In this document: piece after piece, positions 27,210 through 36,894 of the stretch | Numbering within the stretch: the stretch's first letter is position 1 | How the letters are laid out: each line of letters opens with the position of its first letter | Origin: an uncultured Bdellovibrionales bacterium | Lineage (GTDB): Bacteria > Patescibacteriota > Minisyncoccia > Moranbacterales > UBA1568 | Length of the DNA: 64,000 bases | Direction: 5' to 3' | Assembly: GCA_964491155.1 (NCBI GenBank) | Contig: CAZBFG010000001.1 | Span: 4,604-68,603, forward strand | Translations under genes and position numbers: made by a program | The notes under the pieces: model-generated | What the model saw: only the letters and a program-made list of their open reading frames with translations | Database searches by the model: none | What the model was told of the DNA's origin: nothing

Positions 27210-28601
27210 CTACTTCTTGAGGGTGATACCGAGTTCGCGAAGCTGTTCGGAAGAAATCTCGGAGGGAGCTTCCATCATCGGATCCTTACCCTCGCCCGTC
27301 TTGGCAAAGGCAATAACTTCACGAATATTTGGTTCATTCTGGAGGAGCATCATGAGACGATCAAACCCAAAGGCCAACCCTCCGTGTGGAGGCGTCCCAG
27401 AGCCAAGAGCCTGGAGCATATGACCAAAGTTCTTTTCGATACGCTCCGGAGAATATCCCATGATTTCAAAAACTTTTTTGAGCGCTTCCGGCCGGTGATT
27501 GCGAATGCCTCCACCACCGATCTCATAGCCGTTTAGTACCATGTCATACTGTGCCGCCACAATCCCGCCGATATTTTTCTCCGCCATCAAGTCTTCCATA
27601 TACTCCGGCTTGGGTGCAGAAAAAGGATTGTGTGTAAACGTCCAACCACCATCGTCAGCCTTTTCAAAAAACGGAAAGTCCACCACCCAGCAAAATGCCA
27701 GAAGATTCGGATCATTCTTGTCTTCGCGGATATCGGGCTTGTCTGAGTTATACTTCTCCATCGCTTCGGAGTAGGTCAAACGAGGAAATGGGAGCGCCTG
27801 AATTCTCTTTTCCGGATACAACTCCGTGACCAGATCCACGATCATCTTTTCATTGATGGCCATGACATCTTCTTGTGTCACAAAACTCATTTCCAAATCT
27901 ATTTGCGTAAATTCTGGCTGTCTGTCGCCACGCGTATCTTCGTCACGAAAGCACCGAGCAATCTGGAAATACCGCTCGAAGCCAGCGGACATGAGGAGCT
28001 GCTTGTACTGCTGTGGAGACTGCGGCAGCGCATAAAACTTGCCCTGATCCAGTCGCGATGGTACCACATAGTCACGCGAACCCTCTGGTGTCGACTTGGT
28101 CATGTTTGGTGTCTCAATCTCGACAAATCCTTCCTGAGTATAAAATCCCCGTACAAAATGCGTGGCGAGATGACGCTTGCGAATATTCTGTTGCATCCGA
28201 TCACGACGCAGATCGAGGTACCGATACTTCAAACGAATCTCCTCATTGATTTCCTTGCCATCAGAAGCGATATCAAACACTGGAGTCACCGCCTCATTCA
28301 GCACTGACAAAGTGAGTGCCTCTATTTCAATAGCGCCATTGGGTTGCTCGGTATTGATCAGCTTATCGGGACGAGCATTGACTTTGCCCACTACTTCAAC
28401 CACCCATTCCGGACGCAGGGTTTCAGCTACTGCTTTGGCTTCCGGGTGGTGTGGCAGAACAACCATCTGTACCTGGCCACTACTGTCACGCAAATCCAAG
28501 AAAATAAGTTTTCCATGATCTCGACGAATATGCACCCAGCCCTGAAGGGTAATTTCTTCTCCAATATGTTCTTTGGCTTCACTCACCAGTGTCCGTTTCA
28601 T
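27210..28601 (-). CDS. aspS: Aspartyl-tRNA synthetase (short, archaeal-type, probably non-discriminating)
   Basis: Begins MKRTLVSEAKEHIGEEITLQGWVH (OB fold); class II motifs (FRDE, GGGIRNH); an ATG at 28601 is preferred over 28616. Confidence 0.85.
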   Translation of the reverse strand: MKRTLVSEAKEHIGEEITLQGWVHIRRDHGKLIFLDLRDSSGQVQMVVLPHHPEAKAVAETLRPEWVVEVVGKVNARPDKLINTEQPNGAIEIEALTLSVLNEAVTPVFDIASDGKEINEEIRLKYRYLDLRRDRMQQNIRKRHLATHFVRGFYTQEGFVEIETPNMTKSTPEGSRDYVVPSRLDQGKFYALPQSPQQYKQLLMSAGFERYFQIARCFRDEDTRGDRQPEFTQIDLEMSFVTQEDVMAINEKMIVDLVTELYPEKRIQALPFPRLTYSEAMEKYNSDKPDIREDKNDPNLLAFCWVVDFPFFEKADDGGWTFTHNPFSAPKPEYMEDLMAEKNIGGIVAAQYDMVLNGYEIGGGGIRNHRPEALKKVFEIMGYSPERIEKNFGHMLQALGSGTPPHGGLAFGFDRLMMLLQNEPNIREVIAFAKTGEGKDPMMEAPSEISSEQLRELGITLKK

Positions 28602-28634
28602 AGTCATACATCTCATGCATTAAAATCCTACACG

Positions 28635-29447
28635 CTACTTCCCCTGAAAATAGTCATTGACAGCATACACCAACTGGCTGGGTGTTATTTCGGTCTTGAG
28701 AAAAGCCTGCGTCACAATACCGGCATCTTTCAACACCTTGACGCTTTCGTCTTCCATGGAAACTGATGCCGACAACAGAAATATAGGAACATTTTTCCCT
28801 TGTTCTTCGTCTCGCAATTTCTTGATGAACTCACGGCCATCCATATTGGGCATCATAACATCAGTAATGATGAGATCAAAAACTTCACTCAGTGCCGCTG
28901 CCAAACCCTGCACTCCATCTTGTTTGGCAACTACTTCATATCCTTCACTCTGCAAGCGCTTACTAAACATCTCAACAAAAACCGGCTCATCCTCAATCAA
29001 AAGAATCTTTTTCTCCAAATGTGCTCTCTCTCCCTGTGGTCGAGCATCATTGGCAGAATTTTTATCCTGCTCATTAAATTGTCGTAAAAATCGTTCAATT
29101 TCACTGACTACCTCAGAAGGTGAAAACTCTGTCTTGGAAATAAAGCCGTTGGCACCCAGTTTCAATACTTGTTCCCGATCTTCGGCACTACTCAAATTGC
29201 TAAACACTACCACTTTCAAAGTTTGGTCGTATTCCTTGTTATGACGCAGCTCTCGTAGGACTTCGATACCACTCATTTCTGGCAATACCAAATCAAGCAG
29301 AATCAAATCAAATTTTTGCTCCTGGACATACTTCAAAACAGCTTTGCCCGAAGTGGCATTGACCGTCTCAAAACCGGACGACTCCAATTTCTTTTGATAA
29401 ATCTCGGCAATAAACGGGTCATCTTCGACGAGGAGAATTTTTGCCAT
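28635..29447 (-). CDS. Response regulator with two tandem receiver domains and no output domain
   Basis: REC1 begins MAKILLVEDDP...D54-like; REC2 reads KKILLIEDEPVFVEMF...; no helix-turn-helix. Confidence 0.8.
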   Translation of the reverse strand: MAKILLVEDDPFIAEIYQKKLESSGFETVNATSGKAVLKYVQEQKFDLILLDLVLPEMSGIEVLRELRHNKEYDQTLKVVVFSNLSSAEDREQVLKLGANGFISKTEFSPSEVVSEIERFLRQFNEQDKNSANDARPQGERAHLEKKILLIEDEPVFVEMFSKRLQSEGYEVVAKQDGVQGLAAALSEVFDLIITDVMMPNMDGREFIKKLRDEEQGKNVPIFLLSASVSMEDESVKVLKDAGIVTQAFLKTEITPSQLVYAVNDYFQGK

Positions 29448-29507
29448 AGGTCATGTTGACATTTAAATCAAATGTAGGATATCAAAAAATTGGCTTATAA
29501 TCAACAT

Positions 29508-31208
29508 TTACAGACTAGCTGCCTTTCCAAGCGTCTCCACTGGGAGCTTGATGATAAACGTCGATCCCTTCCCTGAGCCTTCTGATTCGACAGAGAGCAA
29601 TCCCCCATGAGCTTCCACAAAGTTTTTGCCCACATAAAGACCAAGTCCCGTGCCGGAAACATCCAACTTCATAGTCTCCGTGCTTCTCGTGAATTTCTCA
29701 AAAAGCCGTTTACTCTCCTTTGGATCAACACCAATACCCGTATCCTTTATCCTGACAGAGACACACTTAGTATCTCCTTCAACAGTCACCGTGACACCGC
29801 CTTCTTTAGTATATTTGAGAGCATTATCGATCAAATTGGAAACCACTTCACGAATCTTATTCACGTCCAGTGTCAATTTTGGCAGAGACTTGTTCGGCAG
29901 CTTGATCTTGAGTGATAATTTTTTCTCTTTGGCCATGATCGTGAACATATCGACGATATCAGCCACAATCGGTTCCAGTTGGGCTTCGACAAAATTGTAC
30001 TGCACCCGACCGGATTCAATACGAGAAATACTAAGGAGATCCTCGACCAACTGACCCATGCGATTGTTCACTATATACACTTTGTTCAAAACATCCTGGA
30101 GTGTCATGGGAACTTTGCCATATGAACCCTCAAGTATGAGCGAAACATAACCCTTGATAGCTGTCAGTGGCGTCCTGAGCTGATGCGAAGCGATCGAAAT
30201 AAATTCCGATTTTGCCGCATCCAAACGTTTCAATTCGTTGTTTGCAATGGCCAACTCCTGCGTCAACGCCTGTAATTCCTCCTTACGCTTCACTTCTTCC
30301 TTAACAGATCGAATGAGTATAATTCCAAAGATAGAAGCCAGGATAAAGGTAGTGGCAACCAGTATGTAACTCGTCATCTCCCGGATAAAGAACAGCTGTG
30401 ATCCGATCAAAGATATAAGCCCCACCACCAATGCCTGAGCCCCAATAAGTTTTAGATTAAAAGCCTGATACTTCACAATCAAATAGGTAAGAAACCCAAG
30501 AAAAACCGGCATTCCAAAAAGTCCATACTGAAGAATTTTCCAATTATCTGGATCATCGGGATTGATAACCGAAGCAATACTCCCAGCTATATTCGCCCCG
30601 GAAAAAGAAAGAAGGAATAATACCGAACCAAGAACAAGATATACGGCTTGAACTCGAGCAGAATCTCGCGTTTTAAATATTTTCCAAATTCCATATCCAA
30701 GTAAAGTCAGAAAAAATACCACCTCAAGGAAATAAAAATAGTTAACAAGCACTCCTTGCTGCGCTTCACAAAGAGTCGCATTAAAACCAGTTATATTGTA
30801 TTGTGTGGGCAAAAGAACAAGAAAAGGAACAAAAAGCAAAGCGAATACTGCTTTATATCGCATTGCCAAATCTCGCTTTTCAATGAAAACATAGACGAAA
30901 TACACTGTGAGACAACTCACCATGTTTTCAAGAAGATTAATTATCGACCAAAAAAACATCGTTTTCCGACTGTCAGGACTACTCCAGAGAATCAAATCAA
31001 AGGCAGACCAAAGAGCGAAAAGAACTGTCACCAAAAAAAACAGCCTACTCGAGAGATCTTTTTTATTCTTAAAGAAAATAAACAGTCCCAAAAGCAAAGT
31101 GACAATCGCCGTTGGAATGTGAGAATAATACAAAATCACATTACCACTCAAAATAGAGTCCATTATTGCCTTGCAATATTCCGAGTTTGTAACAAGATTG
31201 AAATTCAT
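29508..31208 (-). CDS. Sensor histidine kinase with an N-terminal ~8-TM sensor domain
   Basis: Polytopic N-terminus, a coiled coil, the HisKA motif (SHQLRTPLTAIKGY) and a HATPase_c domain (N, G1, G2 boxes). Confidence 0.8.
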   Translation of the reverse strand: MNFNLVTNSEYCKAIMDSILSGNVILYYSHIPTAIVTLLLGLFIFFKNKKDLSSRLFFLVTVLFALWSAFDLILWSSPDSRKTMFFWSIINLLENMVSCLTVYFVYVFIEKRDLAMRYKAVFALLFVPFLVLLPTQYNITGFNATLCEAQQGVLVNYFYFLEVVFFLTLLGYGIWKIFKTRDSARVQAVYLVLGSVLFLLSFSGANIAGSIASVINPDDPDNWKILQYGLFGMPVFLGFLTYLIVKYQAFNLKLIGAQALVVGLISLIGSQLFFIREMTSYILVATTFILASIFGIILIRSVKEEVKRKEELQALTQELAIANNELKRLDAAKSEFISIASHQLRTPLTAIKGYVSLILEGSYGKVPMTLQDVLNKVYIVNNRMGQLVEDLLSISRIESGRVQYNFVEAQLEPIVADIVDMFTIMAKEKKLSLKIKLPNKSLPKLTLDVNKIREVVSNLIDNALKYTKEGGVTVTVEGDTKCVSVRIKDTGIGVDPKESKRLFEKFTRSTETMKLDVSGTGLGLYVGKNFVEAHGGLLSVESEGSGKGSTFIIKLPVETLGKAASL

Positions 31209-31244
31209 AGATATTTACACTATTTATATTTTTTACACCATCAG

Positions 31245-32099
31245 TCACTCGCTTTCTTTCATTATAGCAGAAACAACGGTCTTATATTCTTCCGGATAAT
31301 ACCTCCAATAAACATCTTCTTCAGTCTCTGCCGGAACAAGCCTCACAATAAGAGGTCTAACGCCAAAATCAGCAACTATACTCCTATATGTAGGTAAAAG
31401 AATGTTTTTTGTAAGATCACTATAAAATCCGCTCAAGAGGAAATTCTCAAAAAGAACGCCATGACAAATAAAAATTGAAAGGATATATCTATAGTATCTA
31501 CTTGCCTGCCCTCCATTTCTAGCATAATACTCAGACATATCAATTCTATTTTCAGATCCTAAAATAGAAGAAACTATACTGTGATGAAAATTAACAAGGC
31601 TTGTACCTGAAATAATTTTTACATCAGAAATTTTTTTTCCATCAAAAAAATCAAAATCCACAGCTTTTACAGACGATATTTTTCTGCCGCCCTTCTTGCC
31701 GAGTCCTTCATAAAAAACCATTTTTCCTAGATAATATTTATCCTCATTCTTGGTTACAAACTTATCACTGAGATACTCAAATCCTACCGGATCAATACCT
31801 ATACTCTTAACAGATTCTAAAAAATTTATAAGCTCAAAATTTGGACTCATGACATGCCGAGAGATCACTGCTCTCGGGGAAAGCTTCACTACTTCTGGAA
31901 TATCTTGCCCTAAGAATTCTTCTATTTTTGATTTTAACGCCGCATTATTCCACCGCTTCTTTATCTCTTCCTTTGCTTCATCAAGTGACATGTATATAGA
32001 ATCCAGCTCTGCTCTTGCATTCAAATCTTCTTGCGACATAAGACAGACACTATTATTCTCCAGTATTACTCTCAACATTCGTCTCGGGAAATTCCGCAC
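31245..32099 (-). CDS. Hypothetical cytoplasmic protein (AT-rich gene)
   Basis: 284-aa ORF with no recognisable motif; GC roughly 33%. The start is uncertain (GTG 32099, ATG 32078 or ATG 32039) and the first two options overlap the upstream gene. Confidence 0.45.
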   Translation of the reverse strand: MRNFPRRMLRVILENNSVCLMSQEDLNARAELDSIYMSLDEAKEEIKKRWNNAALKSKIEEFLGQDIPEVVKLSPRAVISRHVMSPNFELINFLESVKSIGIDPVGFEYLSDKFVTKNEDKYYLGKMVFYEGLGKKGGRKISSVKAVDFDFFDGKKISDVKIISGTSLVNFHHSIVSSILGSENRIDMSEYYARNGGQASRYYRYILSIFICHGVLFENFLLSGFYSDLTKNILLPTYRSIVADFGVRPLIVRLVPAETEEDVYWRYYPEEYKTVVSAIMKESE

Positions 32100-32553
32100 T
32101 CATCACTTCCTCTTCGGGCTCCAAAACCTCAACTGGCGCATTGAGCATGTTGTACGCTTCCGGATCACTACACTCTGATCCATCCTCCAAACTCGCATCA
32201 CAAAGAGTTATCACACATCCAACTTCATCTTCCTTACACTCAAGTGGCACACAGTCTTCGCTAGCAGGATCACACAGTGGGATATTCTTAGCATTTCTAT
32301 CAATCAGCTTATAATACGAAGTATCTGCCACTGGATCACCTGTGCATTCCTCTACGGTCGCATCACAATGGTACACAAAACAAGCCTCAGTCGTAGGATC
32401 GCACTCTATCTGTGATTGAAGAGGATAGTCTCGTAGAATAAAAAACCGATAGAAAGACAACCCGATTGAAATCGTTGTAGCAATAACAAACACCGCAATT
32501 AGTACCCTGCTACTCCTCTTTACCACAGCATCGCTCTTTGTCTCGATTTCCAT
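32053..32553 (-). CDS. Single-pass membrane protein with a Cys-rich acidic ectodomain
   Basis: TM helix VLIAVFVIATTISIGLSFYRFFIL; about 14 Cys residues in a ~110-aa extracytoplasmic region; acidic C-terminus. Confidence 0.5.
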   Translation of the reverse strand: MEIETKSDAVVKRSSRVLIAVFVIATTISIGLSFYRFFILRDYPLQSQIECDPTTEACFVYHCDATVEECTGDPVADTSYYKLIDRNAKNIPLCDPASEDCVPLECKEDEVGCVITLCDASLEDGSECSDPEAYNMLNAPVEVLEPEEEVMSAEFPETNVESNTGE

Positions 32554-32562
32554 AAAAAAATT

Positions 32563-33516
32563 TTAACTAATCAAGTATATCCCTATCGCAATAATACAAC
32601 ATGCGATGATTTTTGTCTTAAAAGCGACCAGCTGATCTTGATAAATCTGCCTGGATTTCTCTCTATTTGTCTTCAAAAAGATTACGACGAGCAGTAAACT
32701 GAGTACCATTACAAACACTGGCGCCAAGCTTCCGATAACAGCAACAAATGATACGGCCGGACTCAGATCGATGGCTCGCTGCAAAGCCACAACAGCCAAT
32801 AAATTCAAAACTTCAGCGAGAACAAAAACGAGGAAGAAATTCCGACTGATATCGTAGATATGTTTCATCCGAGAGCCTATCGACTTATGATCGAGCAGAG
32901 ATATGAGCAAGCCACTCACGGTAGCTCCAATGGAAAAAAGCAAAAAGCAGCTCCAAAAATCATTCCCTGTCGCTTGAAATGCCATCGTTTGAAACACCAT
33001 GCTTAGGGAAAGGAAAACAAAGGCTCCTATCATCAGGGAAAACACTTTCCCAAAGTTTTTTTCTTTAATTTCACCATGAAATGAAAATAGCATGGCTCCT
33101 GCAAAGGCTATAGCAATACCGATATAGTGCATCACAGATAACTGCTCCCCCACAAGAAGCCAGGCCAAAAATGGTACCAATGGAACGCTCAAATTAGCCA
33201 GCGCCTGCACCACTACCATATCATTCGAGACAAATAGAGTCTTGAAGTAAAAGTAATAGGAGAACATAAGAAAAGCACCGCTTGAGAAAGCGATGCCGGC
33301 AACTGTCCAACCTGGAAAAATAAATTCTACGAGTCCAAATAAAGGAAGGAGCCACGGGAGGAGCTGGAAGAGTGCATTGATGATAACACCGTCCCACTCA
33401 TCCTCATATACACCGCTCACAAAGTAGATGTCTATGATATTCACAAGAGCCCAAAAGAATGGCGCTAGAAATGCGACAAAAATCCAATGACTCCATAAAT
33501 ACCCAAAAAAATCCAT
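32563..33516 (-). CDS. DMT-superfamily (EamA-like) 10-TM permease
   Basis: 317 aa with two repeated 5-TM halves. Confidence 0.6.
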   Translation of the reverse strand: MDFFGYLWSHWIFVAFLAPFFWALVNIIDIYFVSGVYEDEWDGVIINALFQLLPWLLPLFGLVEFIFPGWTVAGIAFSSGAFLMFSYYFYFKTLFVSNDMVVVQALANLSVPLVPFLAWLLVGEQLSVMHYIGIAIAFAGAMLFSFHGEIKEKNFGKVFSLMIGAFVFLSLSMVFQTMAFQATGNDFWSCFLLFSIGATVSGLLISLLDHKSIGSRMKHIYDISRNFFLVFVLAEVLNLLAVVALQRAIDLSPAVSFVAVIGSLAPVFVMVLSLLLVVIFLKTNREKSRQIYQDQLVAFKTKIIACCIIAIGIYLIS

Positions 33517-33539
33517 ATCTGAGAAAAGAAAAATTCTTC

Positions 33540-33929
33540 CTACACAATATCTTGAAGAGGATATTTCTTACCGCGTTCGATAAAATTAACTTCTGTATCT
33601 TTCAGATCAAACTGTTTCACAAAATAGTTGATAATATGATCCTGTGAAAGACCATTCTTGCAGGTATAGACGTCGATACTGACGAAACCACGGGCTGGAA
33701 AGGTATGAATACTGATATGACTCTCGGCGATGACAGTAAATCCACTCCAGCCACCCGGGTCTTTCTTGTCATTTCCCTCAGCAAAGTACACTTCCGGACC
33801 GGCAAGAATATGCATATCGAGCATATCCGGTAAACCTTTGAGACAGTTTAGAACGAGCTCTTTGTCATTCAACTTCTCGTAATTCCCACCATATCCATCC
33901 AACGTCAAGTGCTCACCAAAATGCGTCAT
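33540..33929 (-). CDS. speH: S-adenosylmethionine decarboxylase proenzyme (class 1b, SpeH-like)
   Basis: AESHISIHTFP self-processing motif; about 130 aa when started at MTHFGEHLTLDGYG; the track start at 34019 is TTG. Confidence 0.75.
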   Translation of the reverse strand: MTHFGEHLTLDGYGGNYEKLNDKELVLNCLKGLPDMLDMHILAGPEVYFAEGNDKKDPGGWSGFTVIAESHISIHTFPARGFVSIDVYTCKNGLSQDHIINYFVKQFDLKDTEVNFIERGKKYPLQDIV

Positions 33930-34047
33930 AAAACAAGAGAAAAAATATATTTCACCAACAGAAAAATAATAACACAAAAACACATTTTTGGAAAGAAAAA
34001 AGGACTGCAACTTGTGCAACCCCGTTGAAGTTTAGTAGCCCTCGTGG

Positions 34048-34584
34048 CTACTTCCGTAAACGCAGCACATCGCTGCAGAACCTCTCGGCACATAGCGTGC
34101 CGCGTGTCTTGAAGTCCCGGCTCCCCTGCCGCAGATCGGTCACGAACGGAAAGGACTGTTCGATTTCAAAGTCGACCCCGTACTTCGGAGTGCTGCCCTT
34201 GTCCGCCGAGAGTAACCAGACCTTGAAACGGTAGGAATGCCTGGCATCAAAACACCAGTTTTCCCGATTCAAGCTCTTTGACACGAAGAACCAGCGCTCG
34301 TTTTTCTCGTCACCATCCCGCGCGTGAACAACAAATCCGTGATTCCCCGGTGTGTTGAGGAAAAACGTGCCGATGCAGAACGATCTTGCATTGGAGCGCG
34401 GACTGATGTCAAACTCCACCTCACTGTCCCGAAAAATCGCCGACCACAACTCGGTCTGTGGGGTAGGGGCGATGGAGGATGAATAGACACGAACGTCCGT
34501 GTGGTAACCAGGGTAATCAGCCGGCGTTTGCGCACGCGCCGCCACCGAAACCAGCAAGCAAAGAACCATGGCGATGAGTTGCAT
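34048..34584 (-). CDS. Secreted hypothetical protein, in high-GC cassette 2
   Basis: Signal peptide MQLIAMVLCLLVSVAARAQTPAD; an AGGAGG ribosome-binding site; own promoter at 34620-34648 (TTGACT-17-TATGGT) and terminator. Confidence 0.6.
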   Translation of the reverse strand: MQLIAMVLCLLVSVAARAQTPADYPGYHTDVRVYSSSIAPTPQTELWSAIFRDSEVEFDISPRSNARSFCIGTFFLNTPGNHGFVVHARDGDEKNERWFFVSKSLNRENWCFDARHSYRFKVWLLSADKGSTPKYGVDFEIEQSFPFVTDLRQGSRDFKTRGTLCAERFCSDVLRLRK

Positions 34585-34619
34585 CGCTTCCTCCTATGCG
34601 TCACGGATTGTGACTGTTC

Positions 34620-34648
34620 ACCATAACCTGAAATAAGAAAAAAGTCAA
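34620..34648 (-). promoter_or_regulatory. Sigma70-type promoter TTGACT-17-TATGGT for 34048-34584
   Basis: The minus strand reads cttgacttttttcttatttcaggttatggt. Confidence 0.45.
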
Positions 34649-34677
34649 GAAAAAACAGAGGAGCTGGAAACCCTCTG
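34645..34677 (-). terminator. Intrinsic terminator after the acidic protein gene
   Basis: On the minus strand, cagaggg-tttccagc-tcctctg is followed by ttttttctt. Confidence 0.55.
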
Positions 34678-34706
34678 CTTTTCTTTCTGTCTATCCTCCC
34701 CTTGTG

Positions 34707-36101
34707 TTATTTCCCGATGTTGAAGAACCAACCCAAGAGACTGAGGCGATCACGCTGACCTCCCACAAAATTCTGTAACTTCGATGTCTGTGCCTTGAGC
34801 ACTTCGACCTGATCAAGGATGATGGATTTCATGTCCTGATCTTCCACGGCCTCAGCTGCTTTCAGCAAGGACTCCGTACGAGTCTTGTTCGCAGCGATTT
34901 CTTGTTCCAAGCTATTCAAATCAGCATCACTGGCGCCAAACAATGCCTGCAAGACCGGATTGCGCTTGTCGACTTCTTTGACAGTCTCACCAATCTTCTT
35001 GGTAGCATCCTTATGGTCATCAGCGATACGACGGATTGCCCGTCCAACGTTGTCATCTTCAATATCAGCCACATCATTCAGGTGTTCAGCAATATCGTCA
35101 CTTTCGTCCTCCAGATCATCGTCGAGCTCTTCGTCCGTACCACCCAAGGCATAGATCATTCCTTCAACACTACTCTTGAGACGCTTGACCTTGCGCTCCA
35201 AGGCATCAAGAGAATCCTCCATCGCAGCCAAATCATATCCACCTGCAGCGATAGTAGCCTTGAGTGCTGCCAAATCAGACTCATACGACGCAAGAGTAGA
35301 CTTCACAGAACTACTATCACCTCCAACCGCTTCTAACAAAGCAATCTTGCCATTCGTTTGAGTAATCCGCTTGGCTACTTTGGCGACATCTTCAGCAACT
35401 TCCTTGGCATCATGCAAATCGTCGTTACGAGCGAAATGAGCCAATTTCTTCACTTCTTTGCTCAGCTGCTTGGCAGCTTCAAGATCATTACTATCAAACG
35501 CACCGCCCACTGTTGCTGCCATTATCTTGGCTTCGGCCAATCGAGCCAGGGCCGCCGTCACATCCACTCCTTCAGCCTGCTTCTCGAGAATTTCCTTTTC
35601 TGCTTCAGCAAGTTCTTTATCGAGCTTTGAAAGGGTCTTGGCACGATCCTTGTACATGCCATTGTCACTTCCCTTTCGGTCATCTCCGTCCTCATCCTCC
35701 AATTCGTCAACTCCGTTTTCATCACTGTCATCGTCTGCATCATCACTGTCATCATCCAAGTCATCTAATCCGTCATCGTCGGAAGTCTTTCCTGATCGCT
35801 CAGCCGCTTTCTTGAGCGTTTCACGCTCTCGCTCGGCTTTCTTTTTAGCTTCTTCCTTGGCTTTCTTCTCAGACTTCGACTCCTTATCATCATCTTTATC
35901 TTCGTCATCATCCTTGTCTTCGTCACTATCATCACCCCCATCATCATCTCCATCATCACCGCTCCCACTTTCAGCCAATGAAGTAGGAATGAAATTTAAA
36001 CCATTTTGAGTTGCCAGAGCCATGATACCAACGAACCCACCAAACGAAAGCACTGCTACCAACAATGCCGGCAACAGAGCGACTTTTTTCTTCTCAGACA
36101 T
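34707..36101 (-). CDS. Membrane-anchored, extremely acidic coiled-coil protein
   Basis: N-terminal TM helix; poly-Asp/Glu tracts (GDDGDDDGGDDSDEDKDDDEDKDDD); long heptad-like helical repeats; encoded by GAT/GAC-rich low-complexity DNA. Confidence 0.6.
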   Translation of the reverse strand: MSEKKKVALLPALLVAVLSFGGFVGIMALATQNGLNFIPTSLAESGSGDDGDDDGGDDSDEDKDDDEDKDDDKESKSEKKAKEEAKKKAERERETLKKAAERSGKTSDDDGLDDLDDDSDDADDDSDENGVDELEDEDGDDRKGSDNGMYKDRAKTLSKLDKELAEAEKEILEKQAEGVDVTAALARLAEAKIMAATVGGAFDSNDLEAAKQLSKEVKKLAHFARNDDLHDAKEVAEDVAKVAKRITQTNGKIALLEAVGGDSSSVKSTLASYESDLAALKATIAAGGYDLAAMEDSLDALERKVKRLKSSVEGMIYALGGTDEELDDDLEDESDDIAEHLNDVADIEDDNVGRAIRRIADDHKDATKKIGETVKEVDKRNPVLQALFGASDADLNSLEQEIAANKTRTESLLKAAEAVEDQDMKSIILDQVEVLKAQTSKLQNFVGGQRDRLSLLGWFFNIGK

Positions 36102-36201
36102 ACTTTTTATTTTTATGGCAAGTAGAACAAATTAAAAACCTACTCACCTTATATATTTCTCAGACGTAGTATAGCACAAAATCTTACAGAAACCGTCGCT
36201 C

Positions 36202-36846
36202 CTACTCAGTGGCCGCATTTTCTATGGCTTTTTTAAACGCATCCACACTACTTGGGTTCTCAAGCTTTTTCCCATTCAAAAAGAATGATGGTGTTCCTGA
36301 TATCTTGAGTTCGTTTCCAGTTGCACGGTCTTGATTGATTTTTTCATCCAAAGACGAATCATTCATGTCTTGTTTGAATTTTTCCACATCAATACCAACC
36401 CGGGTAGCGTAGGCAGGAAAAATACTCTTGGTTGGATCATCAGCGCTTGACCATTCTTTCTGATTGGTAAAAAGCATATCGTACATTTCCCAAAACTTCC
36501 CCTGACGGCCAGCTGCCTCCGCGGCCCGCGAGCTCGGTAACGCGTTTTTATGGATCTGAATGAGTGGATAATGACGCACCACAAACTTCATCTTTCCTTC
36601 TAGCTCTTTTGAAAGCTGATCAATGATAGGATGGTATGCCGCACAAGCCGGGCACTGAAAATCAGTATATTCTACCAACGTTACCGGAGCCCCAGCATCG
36701 CCTTTGACTCTGTCTTGCTCCGTGAGAGCGATTGGCCCGCCAAGAGCGACTGATCCTTCATTTTCTCCGGAAAACCCGTACTGCCAAACCGTAAACCCAA
36801 TAAACCCAACTAACGCTACCAATCCCAGCTTTATCAATGCACCCAT
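36202..36846 (-). CDS. DsbA-like thiol:disulfide oxidoreductase (thioredoxin fold), membrane anchored
   Basis: N-terminal TM helix; CPAC active site within FQCPACAAYHP. Confidence 0.75.
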   Translation of the reverse strand: MGALIKLGLVALVGFIGFTVWQYGFSGENEGSVALGGPIALTEQDRVKGDAGAPVTLVEYTDFQCPACAAYHPIIDQLSKELEGKMKFVVRHYPLIQIHKNALPSSRAAEAAGRQGKFWEMYDMLFTNQKEWSSADDPTKSIFPAYATRVGIDVEKFKQDMNDSSLDEKINQDRATGNELKISGTPSFFLNGKKLENPSSVDAFKKAIENAATE

Positions 36847-36894
36847 AGGTATTATGCTTTCAGAAGTTATTCTCTCTCCCTATGATACTCCTTT

